Source: a virus
DNA length: 64,000 bases
Direction: 5' to 3' (one strand)
IMG/VR virus record: IMGVR_UViG_3300037852_000102
Span: 7,546-71,545 of that record
Shown in pieces: positions 29,768-37,963 of the stretch. The notes beneath the pieces are model-generated. The model saw only the letters and a list, made by a program, of their open reading frames with translations. It was not told where the DNA came from and did no database searches. The position numbers and the translations under genes are program-made. Position 1 is the first letter of the stretch. Every line of letters begins with the position of its first letter.

Positions 29768-31746
29768 ACGATGGGCATCCCCTGCGCAACCATCTGCGCC
29801 AGCACATCATAGCCGATGTCATAGGGCTGGCCATAGTAGAACGCGCTGATCCCGCCGTTCGACGGCGCGAACTCGAAATTGTTGGCCGCAAGGATCGGCC
29901 CGGTGCCGCCCGACAGCAGACCGCTCGCCCCGCCCGCGCCGCCGCTCATGTGCCCGTTCGACGGCGTAAAGGTCACGGTTTCCGTGCCGCCGCCGGTTTC
30001 GGTCACGGTCGCACTCACCACGGTGGTGTTGCCGATGACGCCCTGCTGGGTGATCGTAATCACGCCCGCAAGATTGCTGGCCGAAATGTCAGCATCCTGC
30101 AGGGTGGTGTCGCCGTTGATCAGCGCGACCAGCCCCGCGGCAATGGTCGTGGCGCTGTCGGCCCCGATCAGCGTGTAGGTCTTGGTCACCGGCAATCCGG
30201 GAACGCCGGAATTGGTGAACGTGAGCGCAACCGTATCGGTCGCCGCCGGAGCGGACGAAACGATGGTGGCAACTACACTGGCCAGCGTGTCGTTGATGAC
30301 GACGGTTTCGGTGTTCTTGCTCAACACCGTAATGGTTTCGGTCGGTGTGGTCGAAAGCGTGATGGTTTCCGAGCCCGGGCTGACAGACTGGGCAAACCGG
30401 ATTTGCCCGTTGTCCTGCTGGTAGCCGAACGTGATCACGTTGGTCGACGGCGACGCCGTGATGCCTGCCGCGATCAGCACCGGATCGGCATTGATCGTGT
30501 TCGACAGGTTGGCGGCAAGCGTGGTCGTGGTTTCGCCCAGCAGCGCCGTCCAGCTAACCGCGTGCGTTCCGCCCGGCAGGTACGCCGCATTGAACGTCAG
30601 ATTGAGCACGTCGCCAGCCGCCACGGCCCCGGTGATGGTCGCGGTCGGGGTGATGGTGTTCACCCATGCGGTATAGCTGATCGGCTCCGCAGCCGCCGGA
30701 ACCGCAATGGTGACGACGCCGGACGAATTGGTCCCGGTGATGGTGTTTGCGGCCAAGGTCGCGTCGGCATTGATCGCGGTGGCGAGGTTCGCGCCCATCG
30801 TGGTGGCGTTCTGGGTCGTGGTGAGAGCCGAGGTCACGAGCACGCCGCCCGGTTGGCCGGACCCGCCGCCCATGTGGCCGTTCGACGGAATGAACGTCAC
30901 CGTCTCCGAACCCGACACCGTGCGCGTCACCACCGTGGAATTGCCGATGGCACCCTGCTGCAACATCTGGATTTCGTTGCCGTTGGCAATCGCGGTGATG
31001 TCCGCGGCCTCAAGCGTCGTGTCCGCATTGATCAGCGCGGTGAGACCCGCCGCGACGCTCGCCGCGGTATCGCCCGCCAAAACGGTGTAGGTCTTGGTGA
31101 CCGGCAGGCCAGCCACGCCCGAGTTCGTGAACGTCAGGGCCACGGTGTCGGTCGGCGCGAACGTGCCGCCGAGGTCGGCCAGCACCGTCGCAGGCGTGAG
31201 CACGCTCAATGCCGGGCCGGTAAACAGCACTCCGAAAATGTCGCCGGTCAGCGCCGTGCCGCCCACGGTGATCTTGCTGGGCTCGCCGAGCGGGGCCTGC
31301 AGCGTGGTGAAATTGCCGACCGGGCCGCTTTGGTTGAACGTCAGCACCGAGCCGGCCACGTCCACCTCAACGTCGAACTGCGCCAGTGCCGCGTCGTCGT
31401 TGAACAGGTCGGCCAGCGATTCGGCAATCGAAGTCACCGTGTCGCCGCTCACCGTGGTGTAGGTGTGCGAGAACAGCCCGTTCGGGAAAACCGCGTTGAG
31501 CAATTCCAGCGTGATCTCGTCGCCGGTAGTCACATTGCCGCCAATCGTCGCGGTCGCGCTCGCATTGGCGCGCGGGTCCGCCACCAAGAAACCGGCGGGC
31601 GACGAATGGTTGACCGTGGGCGGCATGACGTTCGCCGAGCCATCGCCCAGCACGCGGTTCCGGTCGAAGTTCGGAATCAGCGTCGGATTGCGCGGATCGA
31701 ATTTCCCGGGGGTGCCCTGCGGCGGCAGGAGGGTGCGGACGACCAT
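29764..31746 (-). CDS. Thr-rich repeat virion (decoration-like) protein
   Basis: Five copies of a ~75-aa GD..LTF..TYT..GDT..IA..L..IN domain. Confidence 0.75.
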   Translation of the reverse strand: MVVRTLLPPQGTPGKFDPRNPTLIPNFDRNRVLGDGSANVMPPTVNHSSPAGFLVADPRANASATATIGGNVTTGDEITLELLNAVFPNGLFSHTYTTVSGDTVTSIAESLADLFNDDAALAQFDVEVDVAGSVLTFNQSGPVGNFTTLQAPLGEPSKITVGGTALTGDIFGVLFTGPALSVLTPATVLADLGGTFAPTDTVALTFTNSGVAGLPVTKTYTVLAGDTAASVAAGLTALINADTTLEAADITAIANGNEIQMLQQGAIGNSTVVTRTVSGSETVTFIPSNGHMGGGSGQPGGVLVTSALTTTQNATTMGANLATAINADATLAANTITGTNSSGVVTIAVPAAAEPISYTAWVNTITPTATITGAVAAGDVLNLTFNAAYLPGGTHAVSWTALLGETTTTLAANLSNTINADPVLIAAGITASPSTNVITFGYQQDNGQIRFAQSVSPGSETITLSTTPTETITVLSKNTETVVINDTLASVVATIVSSAPAATDTVALTFTNSGVPGLPVTKTYTLIGADSATTIAAGLVALINGDTTLQDADISASNLAGVITITQQGVIGNTTVVSATVTETGGGTETVTFTPSNGHMSGGAGGASGLLSGGTGPILAANNFEFAPSNGGISAFYYGQPYDIGYDVLAQMVAQGMPIV

Positions 31747-31750
31747 CGGA

Positions 31751-31954
31751 TTACCTCTTTGCCTTCATCAATTTGCCGGGGCCAAGCGGCGTGACCTTAT
31801 CACCTAGCTTGGCGCGATTCGTGTCGCGTCGCATGGCCTGCTCACCCGCCGCATACTTGTCCCAGTCCGGCGTAAATTGCTCGTCGAACTTGGAAAAAAC
31901 GGCGGCTTCCGTTTTCGGGCCGCCGTTGATTCGGGTGATCACCTTGCGGGCCAT
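31751..31954 (-). CDS. Small basic protein
   Basis: Operon packing; late-gene codon style. Confidence 0.6.
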   Translation of the reverse strand: MARKVITRINGGPKTEAAVFSKFDEQFTPDWDKYAAGEQAMRRDTNRAKLGDKVTPLGPGKLMKAKR

Positions 31955-31994
31955 GTCGATTTTCTCAACCGTCTAGTAGGGCGCAAAAATCGAG

Positions 31995-32201
31995 TTACTT
32001 GACCCGGTTCATCGGGTCCGCGTAGTGCGCCGCACTCCGCTCGTGATCGGCACCCGGCGGCTTCGCAACGCTGCCCGTTCCCGGCACCGTCATCGATTCG
32101 CCCTTGGTCACACCACTCACGTTCACCGATTCCGCACCGCGTCCGCCTGACTTCTGACCGCGCAACGAGGCCGACATATCCTTGGAAACTGGTTTAACCA
32201 T
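31995..32201 (-). CDS. Small basic Gly-rich protein
   Basis: GGAGAGGACAGGA upstream. Confidence 0.6.
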   Translation of the reverse strand: MVKPVSKDMSASLRGQKSGGRGAESVNVSGVTKGESMTVPGTGSVAKPPGADHERSAAHYADPMNRVK

Positions 32202-32223
32202 GGTCCTGTCCTCTCCGATTTCA

Positions 32224-32252
32224 AAACGGGGGCCGAGTCGCCCCGGCCCCCG
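32224..32252 (-). terminator. Terminator after capsid/HNH
   Basis: CGGGGGCCGGG-gcga-CTCGGCCCCCG-TTTT. Confidence 0.7.
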
Positions 32253-32314
32253 CCGTCACCGCCACGATAGCCGCCGGGTAGGACTATCGCAACAGACCCC
32301 AAGCGCCCCCGGAA

Positions 32315-33073
32315 CTAATTCAGCATCGCCCGGTCGCGAATCTCTTGCGCGCGATCCGGCGCGTATTCCTCAACCGTTCTGTCCTGCTTGCTCGAATTGC
32401 ACGGCAGACAAGCTGGAACGATGTTGCCCTTTTGATTCTTGCCGCCGCGTGACAGTGGCGTCAGATGCTCAAAGGTCATTTTCGTTTCGACGCCGCAATA
32501 AGCGCAGGAATGGTCGAACTCTTTCAGCAGCGCCAGCCAATCGGCGCGCGTGAATTTCCCCTCCAGCGACAGCACTTCGGAAATCGTGCCGTCCGCTCGG
32601 TACGCCTCTCGGCGCAGCATCGCCTTGCGCAGACGCCTGCGATCACGTTCAACCACGCGAACGTCTGGACGCTGACGGTAGACCTTTCGCTTGGCTTTGA
32701 ACTCTGGCGTCTTGCGCATGGCGTTCGTCTTGGCCTTCCGGGCTTCGCGATTGTCTCGCCAACTTTTTAGCGAGGTTACTCTGGTTCGATCATTGTGGCA
32801 GGAAATACAATATGACCCTGTTCCTGTCGGACTCCTTACGTTCTTGCAAAATTCAGCGTGCGATTTTGTTTCCTTGCAGAGAGCGCATTTCCTTGTCTCA
32901 GTTGGGTTGATGGTTGGCGGGTTCGCCTTCGCTCTCGCCAACTTCTCTTTTGCCATGGTCCCGTTGCACGCCTTGCAGTACACATCGAATCCATCACCGT
33001 ACTTGCGTTTCGACGGGTAGAAACCACCAACCTTCGGTTTCGTTTCCCCGCAACGCGGACACCGCTTTTGCAT
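32315..33073 (-). CDS. Free-standing HNH endonuclease
   Basis: Two KxCxxC..CKAC modules, CAYCG..EHLTPLSRGG..NIVPACLPCNSSK; GGAGG SD. Confidence 0.9.
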   Translation of the reverse strand: MQKRCPRCGETKPKVGGFYPSKRKYGDGFDVYCKACNGTMAKEKLARAKANPPTINPTETRKCALCKETKSHAEFCKNVRSPTGTGSYCISCHNDRTRVTSLKSWRDNREARKAKTNAMRKTPEFKAKRKVYRQRPDVRVVERDRRRLRKAMLRREAYRADGTISEVLSLEGKFTRADWLALLKEFDHSCAYCGVETKMTFEHLTPLSRGGKNQKGNIVPACLPCNSSKQDRTVEEYAPDRAQEIRDRAMLN

Positions 33074-33105
33074 GCTCGCCTCCATCTGCGAACACACTAT
33101 ACGGA

Positions 33106-34476
33106 TTATCCCGCATGCTCAATACAGAGGGCTCTTTTGTAAAGGGAGTTCGATGCGGTTGGGATAATGCTTGTGGTCGAAGTCTGGTCGCTCGGGACGG
33201 CCATGTCGCCGATCCACGTCCACGACTGGCTCGCGTTCTGGCCGAGCCGGTCGAGCGGCGGGCGGATGATCTGGGCCACGTTGTTGATCAGAAACACGTC
33301 GTTGATCGGGCTCATGCCCTCGCGGGCGATCCACGAATCGATGCCCTCGAAATTGCCCTGAATGAGACATTCGGCACCGAGGATGATCGGACGCCGCACG
33401 CGGACACCGATGGCCGACGTTCCCGTGGCACCCGTCGCGTTGGCCTGCTGGACGTAGGCTTCCGTCGTCGGGATGTAGGTGACGCCCAACAGCCGGATGA
33501 TGTCGCCGTCGCGGTACTCGCGCGAATCGGAGCGGCCCGCGAACAGGATTTTGAAGTCCTGATCGGCCCAAAGCTGGCGCATCGACGTGTTGTCGAGAAT
33601 GCAGTGGTAGGAGCCATCGGGCATCGGCGGCACGCCGTTGTCGCGCAGGTACGCCACGCCGTCCTCAACGAGGCTCATGGTCATCACGTCGCTGCCGGTC
33701 AGTTGCGCCGTGGTCTGTTTCGAGAACGGACGCAGGATTTTCGGAGCGTTGAGCGCCAGCAGCGCATCGCCGTTGACCGGGGTAGTGGCGGCGGTGAACG
33801 TGATCACGCCCGAGATACCATCGGGGGCGCTTGAGTGGTTGGTGCCATCGGCAACCGCCGCGGTCACGGTGAGCGTCTGCGCCACACCACCGGCGGCGAT
33901 CTGGACCTCGAACACGGTCAGCGGGTTGGTGGACGAAATCGGCGTCACCACGCCGTTGACCAGCACCGTGGTGAAACCGCGGATGTCATCGACGTGGGCG
34001 GTGGTGGTCGATCCCGCGCCGAGGTCGGTGCGGACGCGGCTGTTGCCGCCGAGGTAAGCCGAAAACAGCTTGAACCGGGCGATGCGCTCAAGCGACTGCG
34101 CCGCCTGCACGCCGGAGTTCCGGCTGTTCGCGAACATCTGATTCGCGATGCCCGCGAGTTCCTGCATCAGGTTGGTGTCGACCGTATCGCCGTATTCCTG
34201 CATGTTGAACGAATACTGCTCAACCGAGAACGACGACGGCGTAAGCCCGTTGTCCAAGCCTGTGTTGGTGCTCGGGTTCATGGGCGTGGTGACCGGCGCT
34301 TTGCGGCCCTTGCGGGTCCGGGTCAGCGTCTCGCCGATTCGGGCGGGCACCGTTTCCTCAAGAGCGGCGCGGCGATAGGCGAGGACCGAGTCCAGCCCTT
34401 CCTCAAATTCCCGCTCCAAGAAACCCAGTTGCAACGTCGGAACAAGCGCGGCGGGAAAATTGGTAAAGCCAGCCAT
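33106..34476 (-). CDS. Major capsid protein (N4-gp56/DUF4043-like)
   Basis: LQLGFLEREF, IGETLTRTRKG, EQYSFNMQEYG, RPPLDRL; size and synteny. Confidence 0.88.
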   Translation of the reverse strand: MAGFTNFPAALVPTLQLGFLEREFEEGLDSVLAYRRAALEETVPARIGETLTRTRKGRKAPVTTPMNPSTNTGLDNGLTPSSFSVEQYSFNMQEYGDTVDTNLMQELAGIANQMFANSRNSGVQAAQSLERIARFKLFSAYLGGNSRVRTDLGAGSTTTAHVDDIRGFTTVLVNGVVTPISSTNPLTVFEVQIAAGGVAQTLTVTAAVADGTNHSSAPDGISGVITFTAATTPVNGDALLALNAPKILRPFSKQTTAQLTGSDVMTMSLVEDGVAYLRDNGVPPMPDGSYHCILDNTSMRQLWADQDFKILFAGRSDSREYRDGDIIRLLGVTYIPTTEAYVQQANATGATGTSAIGVRVRRPIILGAECLIQGNFEGIDSWIAREGMSPINDVFLINNVAQIIRPPLDRLGQNASQSWTWIGDMAVPSDQTSTTSIIPTASNSLYKRALCIEHAG

Positions 34477-34490
34477 GGCAGAGGCCCCCT

Positions 34491-34700
34491 GAAAACGGTC
34501 AAGCGTTGGATTGCATAGGGATTGCAGTCTGGGCGGTCGGCCTGCCGACGCTGCCTTGGGCGCTTGCCCGAACGATGTTTACGACAATCGTTGGTGTCGG
34601 TTTCCACGTTGCGATCTTGCGTCGCTCAAGGAAACTGCGGAGCCTGCTCGTACACGTCCACCGTTTGATCGGCTTGGGGGAGGGCCTGCCCTCTCCCACG
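34491..34700 (-). ncRNA. Candidate structured 5' leader of the capsid gene
   Basis: Closing stem AAACGGT/ACCGTTT, several hairpins, three CAGG tetraloops. Confidence 0.55.
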
Positions 34701-34716
34701 GATCATGTTGGATTTG

Positions 34717-34745
34717 TCAATACGACGAAATTTTGAAACGCGCAA
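34717..34745 (-). promoter_or_regulatory. Putative sigma70 promoter for the capsid transcript
   Basis: TTGCGC-17-TATTGA. Confidence 0.5.
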
Positions 34746-34773
34746 GGGGTTGGCGCAACGGGTAGTGCAAACG

Positions 34774-34986
34774 TCAGCGCCTGCCGCTAGATCGAGCAGT
34801 CGGAATGCCTTGTCTACAATATGCCGATAAAATACTTTGAGATGCTCTAATAGCGTCAGCGGATTTCTCGCAAGCCTCAGAGGGAAGCGGTCCGATCATT
34901 TGCGTACCCATGGACTCCCAGCTTTCTATGGTTGTAGACGGCTGGAGATTGGCGACCATCATGACTATCAGAAAAAATTCTGGCAT
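34774..34986 (-). CDS. Small Cys-pair exported/membrane protein
   Basis: Hydrophobic N-terminus, GPL..EAC...AYC; similar to 53457-53636. Confidence 0.6.
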   Translation of the reverse strand: MPEFFLIVMMVANLQPSTTIESWESMGTQMIGPLPSEACEKSADAIRASQSILSAYCRQGIPTARSSGRR

Positions 34987-35010
34987 GTTTCCCTCAATGC
35001 TGGCCGCGCC

Positions 35011-35178
35011 TTACCGGGGGCCGTGTAGCTCTCTCTCGTCTGCCGGTAAACGCTGCATTGCTTCTCGCCCAACCCTAAACCCTGTGATAAATCCTTCGGT
35101 GACAAACCCAACCACGACGCCAATCAACACTGGAAAGCCGCCAGCATAGCATTTGAGAATGGTCCAGAGCGGTTTCAC
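35011..35178 (-). CDS. Small membrane protein (55 aa)
   Basis: GGAGGGG SD, GTG start, FPVLIGVVVGFV. Confidence 0.5.
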   Translation of the reverse strand: MKPLWTILKCYAGGFPVLIGVVVGFVTEGFITGFRVGREAMQRLPADERELHGPR

Positions 35179-35194
35179 TTTTCCCCTCCAAAAA

Positions 35195-35731
35195 CTACTT
35201 GTCCAGAATCTTGTCGATGTCCGCCAGCGTGGTGCCCGGAATCTCGTTGGTCTCCAGCTTGAGGTCGTCGCGCTTGATGTGGATCAGCGTGACGTGGCAG
35301 GGCAGCGTGCCGAGCGCGACTAGTTGTTTGCTGTATTCCGCAAAGTCCGGGTTTTGGTGTTCTTTCTTGTCATCGCCCGTGACCGTCTGCGGAATCTCAG
35401 GTGCGCCCTTGGCGATCTCCGAAAAGATTTTTTGCCGCGCGTTTTCGATCTCGGTGGGGATGTTCGCGAGCCGCGCCTGATTCTCCGCGATGTTGCCGCG
35501 CAGGGTCGCGTTCTTGAAAATGTAGGACTGCACGTTGCCCTTGTCGGTCGTGTAGCCGTCCAGCCCGCGCAAGCCCCGCAGGATCGTCACGCAGTCGTTG
35601 AACGTAAATTCGGCCTTGGGGATCACGGTGGTGCGCGGCGGCTCCGGTGTCGGCGCTGCCGGAGCCTGCTGGCCGAACGCAACGGTTGCCATGGCGAACA
35701 TGGCAGCGAAAATCATCAACAGCTTTTTCAT
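35195..35731 (-). CDS. Secreted hypothetical protein
   Basis: Sec signal MKKLLMIFAAMFAMATVAFG; GC3-rich. Confidence 0.75.
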   Translation of the reverse strand: MKKLLMIFAAMFAMATVAFGQQAPAAPTPEPPRTTVIPKAEFTFNDCVTILRGLRGLDGYTTDKGNVQSYIFKNATLRGNIAENQARLANIPTEIENARQKIFSEIAKGAPEIPQTVTGDDKKEHQNPDFAEYSKQLVALGTLPCHVTLIHIKRDDLKLETNEIPGTTLADIDKILDK

Positions 35732-35784
35732 GGGGTGTGCGCCTTTCCCGGGCGGTTCGTGGTGGTGACTGTCGTTTGGAAACT

Positions 35785-36171
35785 TTAGCCGTCCAAAACT
35801 TTTTTCGCCTCATTAAGGGCGGTTTGAAGATCGATGCAAGTCCCGTCTGGACGTTTGCCATGAATGAACCCGTAAAGCACCCGCGCCATCTTCAAGCAGC
35901 GGCTTTCGTAGTTCATCATGATCTCTCGGGTACGATCATATTCGTGCTTCCATCCCTCGGCCGCCTCCTTTGCGTTGGCGGGAACCCCGCCTCTAGGGAA
36001 CTGCAAGCGGCAAACCGGCGGATCGACAAGCGCTTCCAAGTCGGCGACCTGCGCAGTTAATCGTTTGATTTCGTCGCGATCTTCCCGCGCCTCCTTCAGG
36101 ATTGGACCGACGATCTCGTTATAGTCCGCATGATCTTCTATTTGTTTGAAAACGCTGTCATGCCGTGGCAT
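35785..36171 (-). CDS. Hypothetical coiled-coil protein
   Basis: GGAG SD before MPRHDSV. Confidence 0.6.
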   Translation of the reverse strand: MPRHDSVFKQIEDHADYNEIVGPILKEAREDRDEIKRLTAQVADLEALVDPPVCRLQFPRGGVPANAKEAAEGWKHEYDRTREIMMNYESRCLKMARVLYGFIHGKRPDGTCIDLQTALNEAKKVLDG

Positions 36172-36189
36172 CGTCGGGTTTCTCCAAAA

Positions 36190-36290
36190 GGGCGATCCAG
36201 TAAACCGCCTCGGCACCAACCACGCGCGTGGCCTAGCTCCGAAGTTACCTGATGGCGGCGCAAGGTCGGATAACTCACGCTAGATCGCCC
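36190..36290 (-). ncRNA. Candidate 101-nt cloverleaf-like small RNA
   Basis: 11-bp closing stem GGGCGATCTAG/CTGGATCGCCC then TTTT; starts at the predicted +1. Confidence 0.55.
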
Positions 36291-36296
36291 AACAGT

Positions 36297-36325
36297 ATTA
36301 TGCGGAATTACCCGCACGATGTCAA
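36297..36325 (-). promoter_or_regulatory. Strong sigma70 promoter with a 16-bp operator in its spacer
   Basis: TTGACA-17-CATAAT; TGCGGAATTACCCGCA at 36301-36316. Confidence 0.75.
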
Positions 36326-37017
36326 CGGTCCTTGAGGGCGCGTATCGCTTGATCTTGTGCAGCCCGGTATTCGGCAGGCGGTAGCGTCCGAGCGGTTGCT
36401 GGCGATGGGGGCGGCGATCCCGGCGTGACCGGAGGTGCGGGGTTGCCCGTCCTCGGGGCCGGAGGCGGCCCGCCTGCGGTGAAATAGTTCGGCTTCTTTG
36501 CCTTGAACGCGGCGATGGCCTCGGCGACGCCAGTCACATTGCCCTTTGCGTCCACAACTATTGTGGTGCGGTCGATCATCGGAAGCAAATCCAGATCGGT
36601 CAATCCAGCGGTGGCGGCCTCTGCCATCAATCTGGCGTCCGCGATCTGCTGATTGCGTTCGGAGATGGTGGCGGCTGCGGTGGCTTCCGCGGTGGCCACC
36701 CGCTGATCAGCTTCCTGCCTGATTCGGTCGGCCTCGGCGCGGGCGGCGGCCTCGGCTTCCCGCGCCGTGCGGGCGTCGATCCGGTACGCCGCAGCCTCGG
36801 CGCGCAACGCTGCCGGGTCATCACTGCTGGCCCGCTGCGGAGCGGGAGGCGGCGGTGGCGCGTGGTGTACCGGCGGCGGGGCAGGCGGCGGCGCTGGGGG
36901 CGCTGGCGGAGGCGGGGCGGGGTTCGGCGGGTTCGGCTCGTCAAAGTGCATCAGCGGGCCGCCCAGCGCACGCGGCAGCAGCAGGCTGGAAATCGTCGTT
37001 TCCCCGGTCTTTGTCAT
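36322..37017 (-). CDS. Capsid scaffolding protein
   Basis: Pro-rich ends, LRAEAAAYR, coiled coil, AFKAKKPNYF. Confidence 0.8.
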   Translation of the reverse strand: MTKTGETTISSLLLPRALGGPLMHFDEPNPPNPAPPPPAPPAPPPAPPPVHHAPPPPPAPQRASSDDPAALRAEAAAYRIDARTAREAEAAARAEADRIRQEADQRVATAEATAAATISERNQQIADARLMAEAATAGLTDLDLLPMIDRTTIVVDAKGNVTGVAEAIAAFKAKKPNYFTAGGPPPAPRTGNPAPPVTPGSPPPSPATARTLPPAEYRAAQDQAIRALKDR

Positions 37018-37038
37018 GGTTCCCTCGTGGTTTGCGAA

Positions 37039-37749
37039 TCAGATTGATGCGTTGAGCGCAACGGTGACGTTCGCGCCCGTGCCGGTCAGCGTTTGCAGCC
37101 GGGCCTTGATGTAGGTCGGCAACGTCGTCAGTTCGGTGAACCCGAACGCGGCGAGGCTGGACCCGATCTTGGTCCCGTTGGTCAGGGTCGCGACCGCTGC
37201 CGTCTCGCTGGCCCCGGCGGATAGCGTGGTGGTCACGCCGGTGAAATTCGCAACACCCTGCGGAGTGCCGCCAGCCGTATCGCCGCCCGGCCAAATGCTC
37301 GGGAAATTGATCGTGACGATCGCGCCCGCCTGTTGGGCGGAAATCCCGCAGCCCTGCAGGTTCACGTCCGCATTGATCGCCGCGGCCAAAGCCACGGCCA
37401 GCGTCGTGGTGGTGTCGCTGCTGCCCGCCGTAACCACAACGGCCTCGGTGCCAGCGCCCGGCAGGTTAGGATTGGTGAACGTCGCGGTGATCGTGTCCCC
37501 GCTCGTAACCGTCGATCCGATGGTGATGGTGTAGCCGTTGACCGGGTTCGGGTTGTTCGTGCCGTAGATGTCCACGCTCAACGTCGATTGCGAGCCGAAC
37601 AGTTCCAGCGAAATATCCTTGGCCCCGCCGATCTGAATCCACGGCCCCTCGTAAACCGGCACCGCCTGCGCCGCGGGTAGCAGCAGCGCGTTGAGGCCGT
37701 AAGCGCCGACGAACCGGGGCGAGAGAAAATCAATCAGCGGTGTCTGCAT
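37039..37749 (-). CDS. Virion protein (jelly-roll-like) with inserted repeat domain
   Basis: VDIYGTNN...YIKARL flanking the same domain found in 29764-31746. Confidence 0.7.
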   Translation of the reverse strand: MQTPLIDFLSPRFVGAYGLNALLLPAAQAVPVYEGPWIQIGGAKDISLELFGSQSTLSVDIYGTNNPNPVNGYTITIGSTVTSGDTITATFTNPNLPGAGTEAVVVTAGSSDTTTTLAVALAAAINADVNLQGCGISAQQAGAIVTINFPSIWPGGDTAGGTPQGVANFTGVTTTLSAGASETAAVATLTNGTKIGSSLAAFGFTELTTLPTYIKARLQTLTGTGANVTVALNASI

Positions 37750-37963
37750 GTCCGTCCCCTTCGATCTCGGCTAGCGCCTCACCCTGCCCGACGAACGCAC
37801 CCAATACCACCAACCACGTCAACACGCCATCGCACGGCGCAACAATCGGGAACATCGTTTTCATGCACTCCAGTTCACCGATGCTCTCGCCCGCCTTCAC
37901 GCTGGCCCCCGTCTCCGCGTAGAATTGGCTCACGCTGCCGACCGTCTCCGAACTGATTCGCAC
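37730..37963 (-). CDS. Stand-alone biotinyl/lipoyl-domain protein
   Basis: GASVKAGESIGELECMKTMFPIVAPCDGVL...GEALAEIE matches the BCCP E-x-M-K fold pattern. Confidence 0.8.
   Translation of the reverse strand: MRISSETVGSVSQFYAETGASVKAGESIGELECMKTMFPIVAPCDGVLTWLVVLGAFVGQGEALAEIEGDGHADTAD

Noticed and set aside
8907-31794. Long plus-strand ORFs (8907-10190, 13323-15284, 18603-20105, 28171-29157, 29620-31794)
   Set aside because: Arg/His-rich antisense shadows of GC3-rich structural genes, with no motifs
36190-36290. Possible tRNA gene
   Set aside because: No TTCRA T-loop, D-loop GG or 7-nt anticodon arm; kept only as an sRNA candidate
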